NCBI GenBank assembly: GCA_965222225.1
Contig: CBDCTK010000002.1
Location: forward strand, 4,218,126 to 4,282,125
Length of the DNA stretch: 64,000 nucleotides
DNA from: Candidatus Poribacteria bacterium
GTDB taxonomy: Bacteria > Poribacteria > WGA-4E > JAJDTR01
Reading direction: 5' to 3'
The notes below the pieces were generated by a model, which made no database searches, was not told the origin of the DNA, and saw only the letters and a program-made list of their open reading frames with translations. This document shows positions 1-9,431 of this stretch, piece after piece. Position 1 is the stretch's first letter, and each line of letters opens with the position of its first letter. A program made the translations under genes and the position numbers.

Positions 1-186
1 GCAGTAATGCGCTTGATTTTGATAAACCGATGACAATTCATCATAGAGATTCTTCCCTTGGAGGTTAGGTTTCTCATATTCGTCGTAAAAGACCCGGTAA
101 CCTCCCGATTTTAGAAGCCGAGCTAATTCTTTGGCGTGGAGGCGATCTTCTCCAGCAAAGGAAAGGGCGACATCGTACTTTTCCAT
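1..186 (-). CDS. TIR-domain protein, N-terminal part only; the gene runs off the window start.
   Basis: Reverse-complement of 1-186 translates MEKYDVALSFAGEDRLHAKELARLLKSGGYRVFYDEYEKPNLQGKNLYDELSSVYQNQAHYC. This matches the canonical bacterial TIR_2 N-terminal motif (D-V-x-LSFAGEDR ... VFxDE..L.pG). The ATG at 186 follows AAGGAG (gaaggagcacacaag ATG). It is absent from the ORF track because it is truncated by the window edge. Confidence 0.6.
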   Translation of the reverse strand, partial: MEKYDVALSFAGEDRLHAKELARLLKSGGYRVFYDEYEKPNLQGKNLYDELSSVYQNQAHYC

Positions 187-487
187 CTTGTGTGCTCCTT
201 CAACGAAACTTGAATACTGACCGCTGTAAGACTAGAGGTGAATGGTTCAATCTTACATCGCCGCTTGTTATGGTCGATTTCATTTTCGGCAACTGTTTAG
301 TCTAACGGTTTTTCGAATGATGCGAGGAATCGCTTATGATTTTAGCGCGTATTGTTAAACGTATGTCAACCTTATTTTTGCAAAGACATTCCCAGCGCTA
401 TTATCTACTTTACAAGTTATCGTAGGTATGCACATTCCGCTCCTCTGGAGCGGGAGAGACAGACACTCCTAGGCTACAGACATGGAC

Positions 488-676
488 AATCTCTATCGCA
501 CTCGTTATTCACTCGCTTGATCCCCGCTGGGGCTTTGGTGCACGGGGTTTTGGCGTTTCTATACACCTTCGGGATCTCTATCGCACTCGCTATTCGCTCC
601 CTTGATCCCACGCTGGGGCTTTTAGAGGCTGGTGCGCAGTGCGCACCCTACAAATGTACTTTTCAAACAGGTTCTT
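488..676. repeat. Copy of the dispersed modular intergenic repeat. It has two 'ctctatcgcactcg...cttgatcc...gctggggcttt' units and ends in the hairpin ggtgcgcagtgcgcacc followed by ctacaaatgtac.
   Basis: Sequence is shared with copies at 2741, 6871, 18324, 19565, 24891 (inverted), 51123, 52951 and 63341. The track ORF 352..678 runs through it and is rejected. Confidence 0.7.
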
Positions 677-713
677 AAAGTATCCTCAACCGCAAGAATC
701 ACGCTGTTCAAGC

Positions 714-1868
714 TCATGAGAGTGAACTCAGTTGATTGGGATGTTCGGGTTTGGTTCTCGAAAGCACGACTTCTGCCACCGTTAACCCTTCCTCAAGAAG
801 CGGCTTGACATCGGCAATATCGGAGGCTATCTCGACTGCCGTTCCCTCTTTTGCAGGGGTGCGCAGGAGAACTTCCCTGCCATCGATCCCTTGATCAGTC
901 AACAATGCGTCGCTATGAGTACTCACGAACACCTGTCGTCGCCGTCTTCGTTGCATCTTCGAAATCAGGGCGGCGAGTTGCGATACAATGCCGGCGTTCA
1001 AGGAAAGTTCGGGCTCCTCCAGTAGGAGGACGGACTCACTTTCAAGAAGCGTCCAAAGTAGCCCCAGAAGACGAAGTGTGCCGTCAGAAAACTGATCTTC
1101 GCGTTGCCAGCCCGCATTTGGACGCCAGTGGGAGTAAAGCGCCTGCAGGTGAGGACGGCCGGTAGATTCGTCACGGATGAATTCCAACTGCTCAAGCTGA
1201 GGCACGGCAAATTTGAGCGCTTGCTCAATAGTTTTTAAGCGTGACCGACGCGTTTTTGGCGTGATGCCCGCAACCCTCTCAAGAAATCCCTGCCCAAACG
1301 GGTCATCCTCAATGGCTCTTCCCTGAATCGAATTAGCAAACCGCAAGAGTTGAGGTACTAAATGAAGGTAAGTCACCGTTTGGAGGAAACGCGCGATTTC
1401 GCGAAAATCGGCGATGACATTGATCTGCTCAAGAAAGGTCTGCGTCAGTCGATCACGATCGGCTTCATCTTCTTCGGTTGGCCTAGCTAGGAGTTGCGCG
1501 CCGTTTTTCCACACGCACTCATGCGTGAGATAGGTGTGGCGGTGACCTCGTGGTTCTTGTCGAAATCCTAACGAGTATCGCCAAGTTGCGGAAGTGTCCG
1601 CATCGTCTGCAAGATGAATCTCAATCGTAATTTCCGGATCTCTCCGCGCCGCTAGATTTCGGATTTTGGAGAGGCCGCCCCGGTCCTTGACGGCTTTTTG
1701 AAAACCTCCGCCTTCAGACTTTACGACATCTCGGAGAAAACGGAAAATGTCAAGAAGATTCGATTTCCCGGACGCATTTGCGCCGACGATGAATTGACGT
1801 TCGCTGAGGTGAACATCAATCTCCCGAAAATTTCTCCAGTTCTTGGCGACGAGACGATTAATAATCAT
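714..1868 (-). CDS. AAA/ABC-type ATPase of the OLD/RecF-like AAA_15/AAA_21 kind, a stand-alone ATPase typical of defence islands.
   Basis: N-terminus MIINRLVAKNWRNFREIDVHLSERQFIVGANASGKSNLLDIFRFL holds a Walker A motif (GANASGKS). C-terminus has LLLEEPELSLN (Walker B / D-loop like) and VFVSTHS (H-loop). Length is 384 aa with no fused nuclease domain. Confidence 0.6.
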   Translation of the reverse strand: MIINRLVAKNWRNFREIDVHLSERQFIVGANASGKSNLLDIFRFLRDVVKSEGGGFQKAVKDRGGLSKIRNLAARRDPEITIEIHLADDADTSATWRYSLGFRQEPRGHRHTYLTHECVWKNGAQLLARPTEEDEADRDRLTQTFLEQINVIADFREIARFLQTVTYLHLVPQLLRFANSIQGRAIEDDPFGQGFLERVAGITPKTRRSRLKTIEQALKFAVPQLEQLEFIRDESTGRPHLQALYSHWRPNAGWQREDQFSDGTLRLLGLLWTLLESESVLLLEEPELSLNAGIVSQLAALISKMQRRRRRQVFVSTHSDALLTDQGIDGREVLLRTPAKEGTAVEIASDIADVKPLLEEGLTVAEVVLSRTKPEHPNQLSSLS

Positions 1869-2222
1869 GGCGTCTCCTTAAGTTTTTCTGATTGTCTTCG
1901 TGTGCTAAAATCATTTACCTCAGACGCTATATTCGTGTAGATTTCTTTGCTGCTTTGATCACTTTGATGAGGTACTCAATGTCTCCAAGAGTGACATACG
2001 GCGGTTGCTGCATTGCCTTGATAAGGCGTTGAGCACTCGCATTTTTTCGGTCGGTAGTGGCGCCGATTTATCCTCAGGTTGTTCGATTAGCATTGTGGCT
2101 TGCTGCTGCAATTCCGCTTTTCGCACGGTATCGTTCCTCCGTTTGCCAAATCCGAGGGAGAAGTGGTCTGTTTTACGATGCTAAATGCGTAATTCCCATG
2201 GTATTGGCTTTTCCCGTTCAGA

Positions 2223-2498
2223 CTAGGAGCGATAGGCTCTGCCACGCTGATAGATGGTTCTAATAATGCACTCCCGGTTCATTGTGTCTACACTGTAGAC
2301 AATCCGATAACTTCCGACGCGGTATCGGTATTGTCCACGATACTTGCCCTTCAATTTGACGATGTTTGGTCCGAACAGTGGATTCTGGGCTAACAGAGCA
2401 ATCGCCCGATTTACTCGGCGCTTCATATTGGTATCAAGCGCGTTATAGTGTTTCTCCGCCTCGGCGGTGAATAGCACATTAAATATCGCTTTCAACAT
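2223..2498 (-). CDS. Type II toxin of the RelE/ParE family.
   Basis: 91 aa, MLKAIFNVLFTAEAEKHYNALDTNMKRRVNRAIALLAQNPLFGPNIVKLKG...YRYRVGSYRIVYSVD...IIRTIYQRG. This is the ParE/RelE fold pattern. It overlaps the upstream antitoxin gene by 20 nt. Confidence 0.75.
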   Translation of the reverse strand: MLKAIFNVLFTAEAEKHYNALDTNMKRRVNRAIALLAQNPLFGPNIVKLKGKYRGQYRYRVGSYRIVYSVDTMNRECIIRTIYQRGRAYRS

Positions 2499-2736
2499 CA
2501 GCCCAACGCTTTAGCCTGCCCGCCTTGACATCCGTTTCCGCACGTTTCAGACTCTCGGCAACTTCCGGGTCACTCATTAACTCGTGAGTTGCTTCCCATG
2601 CTTCTTTATCTTGAAGATATGCCAGATAGTCATGCGCTATTTTCAGTTTGTCAGCGGAAAGTTGCTCAATTAACATTATCGCACGTTGCTTTAACTCGGT
2701 TTTGCGCATACATTTCTCCTTCCGTTTTCTGTGCAC
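2479..2736 (-). CDS. Cognate antitoxin, Phd/YefM/ParD-like.
   Basis: 85-aa acidic protein sitting directly upstream of and overlapping the ParE/RelE gene. Its C-terminus ELMSDPEVAESLKRAETDVKAGRLKRW resembles the YefM/Phd C-terminal pattern. Confidence 0.5.
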   Translation of the reverse strand: MHRKRKEKCMRKTELKQRAIMLIEQLSADKLKIAHDYLAYLQDKEAWEATHELMSDPEVAESLKRAETDVKAGRLKRWADVESDI

Positions 2737-2740
2737 TTTG

Positions 2741-2819
2741 TCTGAATCGCGGATTCAGGGATCTCTATCGCACTCGTTATCCACTCGCTTGATCGGATTA
2801 AGGGATTACGCGGATTGAG
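2741..2819. repeat. Partial copy of the dispersed modular repeat. It includes the near-palindrome tctgaatcgcggattcag, which abuts the toxin-antitoxin start codon.
   Basis: gtctgaatcgcggattcagggatctctatcgcactcgttatccactcgcttgatcggattaagggattacgcggattgag shares modules with 24891-25020 (inverted) and 3291-3352. Confidence 0.6.
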
Positions 2820-2935
2820 TTTGCCTGAAGCGCCGATACGCCTTATCAGTTCGCTTAAACTGCGAAGCAGGGCTAATTCTCCGTGTAAATTATAGCATAC
2901 CTTGCGCGGTTAAGGCGGCCGCGGGGTTGTTTGAT

Positions 2936-3118
2936 TCACGCCGCTATTTTAGCCATGCTGTCTAGCGCCTCTGCTACATCACGTACCGCAAGAAGGAACG
3001 CTTCTATGTCCTCGTCTTTCTCATAATCTTCAAGCGCAACGGAAAGGTATATCTTTGCGTCCTCCGGATCGCGTAGTTGTTCAATATGAAAGCCTTTGAA
3101 GCGTCTATAATTGCTCAT
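2936..3118 (-). CDS. HigA-like addiction-module antidote protein fragment (TIGR02684-like N-terminus). It has no partner killer gene and appears C-terminally truncated.
   Basis: MSNYRRFKGFHIEQLRDPEDAKIYLSVALEDYEKDEDIEAFLLAVRDVAEALDSMAKIAA. The DPE.AK.YL..ALED.D...FL.A.RDVA.A.G pattern is as I recall for that family. The C-terminal HTH part is not evident. No HigB-like ORF fits in the 76 nt upstream. Confidence 0.4.
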   Translation of the reverse strand: MSNYRRFKGFHIEQLRDPEDAKIYLSVALEDYEKDEDIEAFLLAVRDVAEALDSMAKIAA

Positions 3119-3197
3119 TTTCTAACTCCCTAGCAGCTCTGATCGCCCGAACCAAACTGCAACCGAAGCTCAAAACCCCGACTCGTGGGTTCGCATC

Positions 3198-3223
3198 ATC
3201 ACATATTGTCACATATTGTCACA
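3198..3223. promoter_or_regulatory. Three direct repeats of (A/T)TCACATATTG containing TGTCACA, spaced 10 bp apart. Candidate operator upstream of the HigA-like gene.
   Basis: atcacatattgtcacatattgtcaca sits 75-100 nt upstream of the start at 3118. The helical-turn spacing is typical of toxin-antitoxin autoregulation operators. Confidence 0.3.
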
Positions 3224-3290
3224 AATTTTCGGGAGAATGTCGCGATTCGGAGATCGCTCCTACAGAACTAGGGATCGGAGCGTGTTGCCT

Positions 3291-3352
3291 GCATCGCGGA
3301 ATGGCGGGGATTCCATCCTTGATTTGATTAAAGGATTACGCGGATTGAATTC
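3291..3352. repeat. Member of a second repeat module (ggcggggattccatcc...attaaaggattacgcggattgaattc).
   Basis: Related copies at 4684-4735, 6678-6762, 2790-2819 and 53161-53220. The 53161 copy contains the perfect hairpin ccatcttcga...tcgaagatgg. Confidence 0.5.
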
Positions 3353-3419
3353 GTTTGAGATGGATAGACCTAGACAGCATACCGTCATTTTTCATCTGAC
3401 TCGGTGAGATACTTCCTCT

Positions 3420-4643
3420 TTAGGTCTTATCGTTATCTTGCAACGATTTTGCGGCGAAAATGGCCAAACGTAATTCTTCTCCAAAGAGTTCATATAGAGG
3501 GGTTTTGCCGCTGAGCGCCTTGCTTTCATTGAGAATAATTCCGACCCCCTCACCCCTACGCTCCAGAAAGTGTCGCCTTGCTACATGTTTCTTCATATTA
3601 TCGTCTAGCGTAGTTTCTGACAGTAGGCGAGCGAGCAGTTCGTTACGCGTCGCTTGGTTGTAGGGCAAATCGTCCACCGTTAAGCTATTTGCCAATGCAC
3701 CCGGCGAATAGAGTTCTAGCCGGTCCGTGAACATAAACAGGCGAATTTTCGATCCGGCTTTTGAATAATCTCTATGTACAACTGCATTAACCAGTGCCTC
3801 AAAAACAGCTCTCATGCTGTATTGCGATCGTTCTATTCTGCCAATCTCCTTGCGAGCGGAGACTTGGTTATATCTTTCAACAAATTTGAATGCATCCACA
3901 ATCTGGCGATCCAGCGGTCCCCTAAAATCCTTAGCATCAATCTGGTAGTTCGCATCCTTTTCCACGCCATTGTAAAATACGGCTTGAATGAAACTGTTAT
4001 AGAGGTAATCGTCGGGGCTATCATGACACATCAACAGACCGGCTACCGAGGCGCGGTATTCATGACCATCTTTGACCAGCAATCGTCTTTTAAGTAGTAA
4101 ATCTTCTATCTTCTCACGATCAGCCGCATCCTCTGTGATAAATCGCTGATACAGCTTTTCCCTTAATGTTTCTTTGCGAGTGTTCGGGACAAACTGCTCA
4201 TCAAAAGAGATTCTATGTGCTTGTGATCGGCTTTGTAACAATCGCGCCAACTGCTCGGTGGCCATCTCTCTTTTACTGCTGCCTTGGCGGATGAAATAAC
4301 CGTTAGATGATTTATGAACAAACGGGCTCCGAGGCACTTCGATTTTTAAGAGATTTTTATTATCAACTTGCAGTTTTTCTGTAACAATGTGAACCATAGG
4401 GTCAATGTTGTCTCCGCATATTTCAACTGCTGTTTTCTCTGTCCTATCAAGATTCTGGCGGTCAATACCGACAATTTCACTATCATCGTCAACGCCGATT
4501 AGTATCACGCCACCGTTCGCGTTGGCAAACGCAGCGATTTCATCGCCGAGACTCTCTCTGTGATGCAACTCTCTTTTGAATTCAATCGTTGAGTCTTCTC
4601 CCAGATATATTTTTTCAATGAGGTCGGTCAGACTGTCGAACAT
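3420..4643 (-). CDS. AlbA_2 (divergent AAA / Schlafen-type) DNA-binding domain protein with a C-terminal HATPase_c_4-like region.
   Basis: N-terminus LIEKIYLGEDSTIEFKRELHHRESLGDEIAAFANANGGVILIGVDDDSEIVGI matches the PF04326 signature (EfK ... AfAN..GG.l.iGv.d.g.i.G). Total length is 407 aa. Confidence 0.55.
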   Translation of the reverse strand: MFDSLTDLIEKIYLGEDSTIEFKRELHHRESLGDEIAAFANANGGVILIGVDDDSEIVGIDRQNLDRTEKTAVEICGDNIDPMVHIVTEKLQVDNKNLLKIEVPRSPFVHKSSNGYFIRQGSSKREMATEQLARLLQSRSQAHRISFDEQFVPNTRKETLREKLYQRFITEDAADREKIEDLLLKRRLLVKDGHEYRASVAGLLMCHDSPDDYLYNSFIQAVFYNGVEKDANYQIDAKDFRGPLDRQIVDAFKFVERYNQVSARKEIGRIERSQYSMRAVFEALVNAVVHRDYSKAGSKIRLFMFTDRLELYSPGALANSLTVDDLPYNQATRNELLARLLSETTLDDNMKKHVARRHFLERRGEGVGIILNESKALSGKTPLYELFGEELRLAIFAAKSLQDNDKT

Positions 4644-4788
4644 CGCTCATTCTCCAGATGAATACGCTATTATCTGCATCACGGATTGGCGGGGATTCCA
4701 TCCTCGATTCGAAATCGGAATTACTGGGCGCTGCATTCTCAGAAATTGCATTGATTGGATTGGTTAGGACACTGGTGCTGCCTTCGCG

Positions 4789-5178
4789 TTACCTAGGCGC
4801 ATCAAATATGAGAAAGACAAAGACGATGAAGGCAATTTCGATTAGGTAGAAGATAACGAACGTGACAGAGAAAATTGCCGATACCCAGCTACATTTTGGT
4901 TTGTCTTTGTGTTTGAGAAGATCCATCTTAAAGTCGGTATCGGATTGGACTCTGACCTCGTCGTATACTTTTCGAAATAGCCTTTCTTGCCAAAGGAAAT
5001 ATCCGTTCAAGATCCAAAAGCCCATAACGGGGAGAATCAACGCCAAAGCAAAATAGGGATTCTCAACCTCGTGTTTAGGGATCAACACCATGGCTGCCAC
5101 AATAATTATCATGCTCCAACTTTTTACCAAGAAACTGTTTCTTCCTAATCGGTTTATGACAGAATGGGTTATTTTCAA
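4789..5178 (-). CDS. Small integral membrane protein, paralog A of the gene at 10804..11235.
   Basis: 129 aa with 3 predicted TM helices. It is about 70% identical to paralog B (shared RLGRNS..VK.WS, NPYF.LAL.LPV.GF.IL.GYFLWQERLFRKVYD, QSDTDF.MD.LKH..KPKC.W.SAIFSVT.VIFYL.EIAF). The similarity extends about 40 bp past the stop. Confidence 0.5.
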   Translation of the reverse strand: MKITHSVINRLGRNSFLVKSWSMIIIVAAMVLIPKHEVENPYFALALILPVMGFWILNGYFLWQERLFRKVYDEVRVQSDTDFKMDLLKHKDKPKCSWVSAIFSVTFVIFYLIEIAFIVFVFLIFDAPR

Positions 5179-5671
5179 ATTCTCGACTGCCTTTTCAGTG
5201 CAGTTCGTGGTTTTTTACTCCAGTATCAAGTTTAGAAGCTGGCGATATATCGGGCTAGTTCATTCTCAGTTTATTTCCTAGTGTAATCCTTGGCTCGACT
5301 TTTTTGCATTCAGCAAGTTTAACAGACCGTGTAGATCAAACCATTCAGAATAACGGGTGAGATTTTAGCAATTTGGTCTGTTTTGCCGACCATTGAGAAA
5401 GTCTACCCTGTGGACGCGAATGCCTGTTTCACCCACCGCGGTGTATCGGGAAAGGTCGCCGGTGGTTTTTCGAACAGCCTTTCACCTATCAGGACATACT
5501 ATCGCCTACGTCGTCCATTCGGTTAATTGGTCGTTTGAAGTTATTTGATTACTACCCATTTAGTCGCTTGATCGCCATTCACTCCTTTAATCTCATGCTA
5601 CAAATGTACAAAGTCGATCTTAGGATTTGCCCGACATGCTAAGTTTGGAAAAGCACCGGGCAGGGAGCGGA

Positions 5672-6289
5672 TTAGTTGTTGGACGAGGTTTCCAAGGCTT
5701 TTGTGTGCCCGTTCGTGCCCGGAATCAGCGCTGCCACTTCATCTCCGTCTTCGTTGCCAGGATGGGCAAGAGACGGGTGATTCCCACCCCCAAATTGTGC
5801 GAGGATTCCGCGGAGTTGCGTAATCGCGGTTGCAATATCGGGTGAGTCAATACGCTCGAGTGCGAACGTACTCAGTGACTGAGTCATGGTCAAGAGTTCG
5901 CGGAGGTCTTTAACGGTTGTGATTTCCACCTTCGCGTTATTTAATGCTTGCATAATGCAGTCGGTAAAACGGTCGGTCGCTTTGTCGATTTTACTATGCA
6001 AGTTCGCGAGGTATTCCTGTTTGCATTCTTGGTAGATTTCACCCCACTTGGCACGGTTGAATTTTTTGTTGTTGGGATTCATCGTGCGAATGCGTTCGCG
6101 TATTTGATCGCGGCTCAGGTGGAATTCCTTATCGGTCACGTGCTCCTGCACTTTCTCCAACAAATCTAGAACCTGGTTGGTTGTGCAGCATTCGGCAAAC
6201 CTGCGTATGATATACTCGCAGACAAATGCCTCTTTCGAAAAATCGAGCGGCTTTTGTAATTTATTCACGTTTTCCTCCTCAAAAAGCAA
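5672..6289 (-). CDS. Hypothetical protein.
   Basis: 205-aa ORF on the island strand with no motif I recognise. Confidence 0.3.
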   Translation of the reverse strand: MLFEEENVNKLQKPLDFSKEAFVCEYIIRRFAECCTTNQVLDLLEKVQEHVTDKEFHLSRDQIRERIRTMNPNNKKFNRAKWGEIYQECKQEYLANLHSKIDKATDRFTDCIMQALNNAKVEITTVKDLRELLTMTQSLSTFALERIDSPDIATAITQLRGILAQFGGGNHPSLAHPGNEDGDEVAALIPGTNGHTKALETSSNN

Positions 6290-6677
6290 TTAGTGGCGAG
6301 CCACGGGATTGGATTATGGATGATACCCCAAATTCGGCGGTTTATCCAATAAAAGCCCCTTCAACAACGCAGAAAACCGCCTTGTAATCTTGTAACACAG
6401 TTTTGCAATATTTTCCGTGCAGGCATGGTGTTGTGAGATGTTGCCATTGCGGGACGAGGAGATCCCCGTTGGGTGGAATCTGTATGTAATCTCTATGTTG
6501 TGCCCGATGAATCTTATAACTCAAAACTACGTGTGCTGCCGGGAATAAGCTGGACGAATGATACGACATGTATGTTAAGTTTGTCAGGGTAAATCTTCTG
6601 ATTAAGAAGACGGCGGCTGAATGGGGTTCAATCGGCGAGGTTCATCACCGGGCGAGATGTGGCTGCGAGTTTTGGGA

Positions 6678-6762
6678 ATTAGGGATTGGCGGGAATTCTG
6701 TCTCAAAGTCTGTATCACGGATATTCGCGGATAAAAGGATTACGCGGATAAAATTCTTCAGC
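6678..6762. repeat. Copy of the second repeat module.
   Basis: tctgtatcacggatattcgcggataaaaggattacgcggataaaattc. Confidence 0.45.
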
Positions 6763-6870
6763 GATTAGTAACCTAAGAGCTTGTTTGAATAATAGATAGT
6801 CAAGTCATGTCTGGTCATTTGAGGAAGGGCTTTTCATGTTCTTGTCGTCACACGCACACTATTCACCTGT

Positions 6871-7070
6871 CGGATCTCTATGGGAGCTCTATCGCGGTCA
6901 CTACGGGATCTTCTATCGCCTTCGTTAACCACTCTCAGTTGATCGCTCGTTATTCACTCGCTTGATCCCGCGCTGGGGCTTTTAGAGGCTGGTGGGATCT
7001 CTATCGCATTCGCTAATCGCTCATTTGATCGCAGTGCGCACCCTACAAATGTACTTTTCAAACAGGTTCT
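6871..7070. repeat. Full-length copy of the modular dispersed repeat ending in gcagtgcgcaccctacaaatgtacttttcaaacaggttct.
   Basis: Its last 60 nt are nearly identical to 617-676. It has multiple internal cgcttgatc units. Confidence 0.7.
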
Positions 7071-7248
7071 AAGGCTTTCTATCAGTGATAAATATTTTTT
7101 TCATGTACTTTTACTTCAGTGATTACGTGATGACGTGGATTAGGGTGTGCGGGGGCGGGGGCGGACTTAGGGTGAAGATTATGAACTAAAGGCGAAAGAA
7201 CGCGTTCGTAATGGTACTGGGAGAAAACCCTGATAGGCTTAGGTGGAT

Positions 7249-7731
7249 TTACTGAATATTCTCAAGCTCGGTTAAGTCTTCAACTTCTGCCATTAAAGAC
7301 AGTGCTTTTGCGTAACCACGCAGTTTTTCTTGTAATTCTTCAAGTTCACACCTGAACTGTCTCACTAGTGCCTCATCATTAAATGCATCTTCTAGTGATA
7401 GTTTGTGCCACTTCGCCGTAAATGGTCGTATGACTTGATTTAATACAGGTATGGCGATTTTTGCAAACTGAATAGATCCAGAACCCTTGTCTTTCAAAAT
7501 ATCACGTGTTATTTGAAATAAGGAATAAACGCTAGTAAGTGCTGTTTTATCATCTCCAACATCAATCGGGAGTGGTTGAGTTGTGATTCTAGTCAGTAAT
7601 TCAATGTACAATTCCCAAGCTGCTTCCTTGTCATGTTCTTTGGGCTTGAATTCAGCCTTTAACACATGAATATTAAGTTTCAATTGTGAAAGTTCTAGCC
7701 CAGAAATGGAAAGCCATTTTGAAAGTTTCAA
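7249..7731 (-). CDS. Hypothetical protein, distal gene of the TIR cluster.
   Basis: 160 aa, same strand, with no recognisable motif. Confidence 0.35.
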   Translation of the reverse strand: MKLSKWLSISGLELSQLKLNIHVLKAEFKPKEHDKEAAWELYIELLTRITTQPLPIDVGDDKTALTSVYSLFQITRDILKDKGSGSIQFAKIAIPVLNQVIRPFTAKWHKLSLEDAFNDEALVRQFRCELEELQEKLRGYAKALSLMAEVEDLTELENIQ

Positions 7732-7892
7732 ACCTACCTCCTAATGGGTGACTCCGCAATGTATACATTTTGAATTGTACTTCTTAACTTACCCCCATCC
7801 TTTAGACAGTAAATGACGAGATTTAAGTAATGAAAACCGACTAAACCTGGTCAAATTGCTGGGCGTAAGTTCAAAAGAGGGCAAGCATTCTT

Positions 7893-8111
7893 TTAGATGT
7901 TGTACCCTAGTTTTGAGAATAGAAGTTGAAGAAGATCTGTATCGTTTTCAAACAACTCGATCGCCGTTTGTGATTCTAATTCGGTAAAGTGTTTCGTTCT
8001 TGACAGATGCTCTTTTATTCGGTTGATTTCGGTCCTACGTTCATTTAGAATCATTTCGACTTCTTCTTGAGTTAGTTCGCGCCGACTTATGGCTATTTCA
8101 CGATAATTCAT
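7893..8111 (-). CDS. Small hypothetical protein.
   Basis: 72-aa ORF with an ELTQEEVEMILNERRTEINRIKEHL helical segment. Coding status is uncertain. Confidence 0.2.
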   Translation of the reverse strand: MNYREIAISRRELTQEEVEMILNERRTEINRIKEHLSRTKHFTELESQTAIELFENDTDLLQLLFSKLGYNI

Positions 8112-8607
8112 AAGTCAAACCTCCTTGAGGATATACTCTGAAGAAAACGAAGATAGAATCCATTAAAGGAATCTTGGAAGGCTTGGCAAAACGAATTCGA
8201 CAACTGACCGAAAAAGTAAAAACCAGCATTCATAACAACGTATAGTCCTGACTACTTGGGGATAGCTAGCATTTGACTTCTAGTTCCTGCAAAAGAAAAG
8301 GGAACGCCTGGTGAGAAGGCACTCCCTTAGCACCGGTGGCCGCAATTAACGTTCGCCGAAAAGCCTCGGTCTCTATACTATACTGTTACGTCATTGCAAA
8401 CGCCGGTGTCCATCCTAACTGCCTTGGAGAATTGTGTTTTCTCATTTCGCGTCTAAGATCATATTTGCATGTGCTTCGACCTTGAAACGCAGCATCAATC
8501 AGAAAGCGAAGGTTCTTCGGATTGTTTGCAATTGTTTCCCATTTAGTAACTGAGATTTTTGCCTTCGGGTTTAGTAAGTTGCCGATGATTCGTTCGGGGA
8601 CGTAAGG

Positions 8608-9039
8608 CTAACGACGCTCGTATTCTGACCGATGGTCAATGCTGTACCAACTAGGAAACTCAGGATAAAGAGCATGTTCGCCATCATGGGGAGCTGTAAC
8701 AAAATGGGAATTAGTCAATGGCAGGCTTACCACGAGAAGCCCGGATTTTTTGTTAACTTTCCCGTTAATCATACTCGAATAAATTTCCCAATCTACGTGT
8801 TTCCTTCCTTTAGTTTCTAACCCTATAAGCACAATAGTAATTGTCGAATCACGCAGGTACTTGTCACGGATTTTTTCTCTGATTACTTCGTCTTTAAGAT
8901 TCTCAGAGATGTCACCCGTGTCCACAGATTGGTCAATAAAAATTCTGTATCGTCTCCCTAGTCGAACAAGTTCTTCCTGGTAATCTTGGTCATTAGCATG
9001 ATGGTAACTGATAAAGGTCTTATGCATTGATACCTCCAA
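8608..9039 (-). CDS. TIR-like protein of the DUF1863/ThsB family.
   Basis: KTFISYHHANDQDY ... STITIVLIGLETKGRKHVDWEIYSSM. The FISYhh..D start and the TivLIG..T....WV.wEI core are the PF08937 TIR-like signature. It starts 4 nt after the upstream membrane gene stop. Confidence 0.6.
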   Translation of the reverse strand: MEVSMHKTFISYHHANDQDYQEELVRLGRRYRIFIDQSVDTGDISENLKDEVIREKIRDKYLRDSTITIVLIGLETKGRKHVDWEIYSSMINGKVNKKSGLLVVSLPLTNSHFVTAPHDGEHALYPEFPSWYSIDHRSEYERR

Positions 9040-9042
9040 GAA

Positions 9043-9423
9043 TTATGTGCGGGAAAAGTACATTACGATAAATGTCACACCTAGAAGAATCAACGTCAGA
9101 GGAACAATAAACCCAAAACTAAACCACAACCTCGACTTAGGCGGAATGTTATTGTCGCCAATCTTAGAAGCGACCTCACGAAGAACCTTGTTGTTCATAT
9201 CGACCCCGTGCTTAATCTTGAATATGGTCGCCCCAAAGATGACAAATAAAGTGCCCACTACTGCGAACACCCATTGCACTGATTCACATTCTGCTTTTAC
9301 ATAGGCTAAAGACAACGGGCCAAGTATCATGACTATCTGCAACATTTGCCAACGTAATCGGTCGAGATAGCGGAATGTTTCGTAGCGCTGTTTGTAAATT
9401 TCTAGTTCCTCGCATGTAGCCAT
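9043..9423 (-). CDS. Small 3-TM membrane protein. Candidate effector and possibly SLATT-like.
   Basis: Likely start MATCEELEIYKQRYETFRYLDRLRWQ at 9423, preceded by AAGGAG. TM segments are QMLQIVMILGPLSLAYV, VQWVFAVVGTLFVIFGATIF and FSFGFIVPLTLILLGVTFIVMYF. It has an N-terminal soluble helix. Confidence 0.5.
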   Translation of the reverse strand: MATCEELEIYKQRYETFRYLDRLRWQMLQIVMILGPLSLAYVKAECESVQWVFAVVGTLFVIFGATIFKIKHGVDMNNKVLREVASKIGDNNIPPKSRLWFSFGFIVPLTLILLGVTFIVMYFSRT

Positions 9424-9431
9424 GTTTTTAC

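Noticed and set aside
352-678. 108-aa plus-strand ORF from the track.
   Set aside because: It lies entirely within a dispersed repeat copy. Its amino-acid sequence is just the repeat translated (similar pseudo-ORFs appear at other copies), and it has no ribosome-binding site.
488-7070. Possibility that the reiterated 'ctctatcgcactcg...cttgatcc' units are a CRISPR array.
   Set aside because: The units are imperfect and irregularly spaced, with no uniform spacer length. Copies are scattered singly across 63 kb. No cas genes are present.
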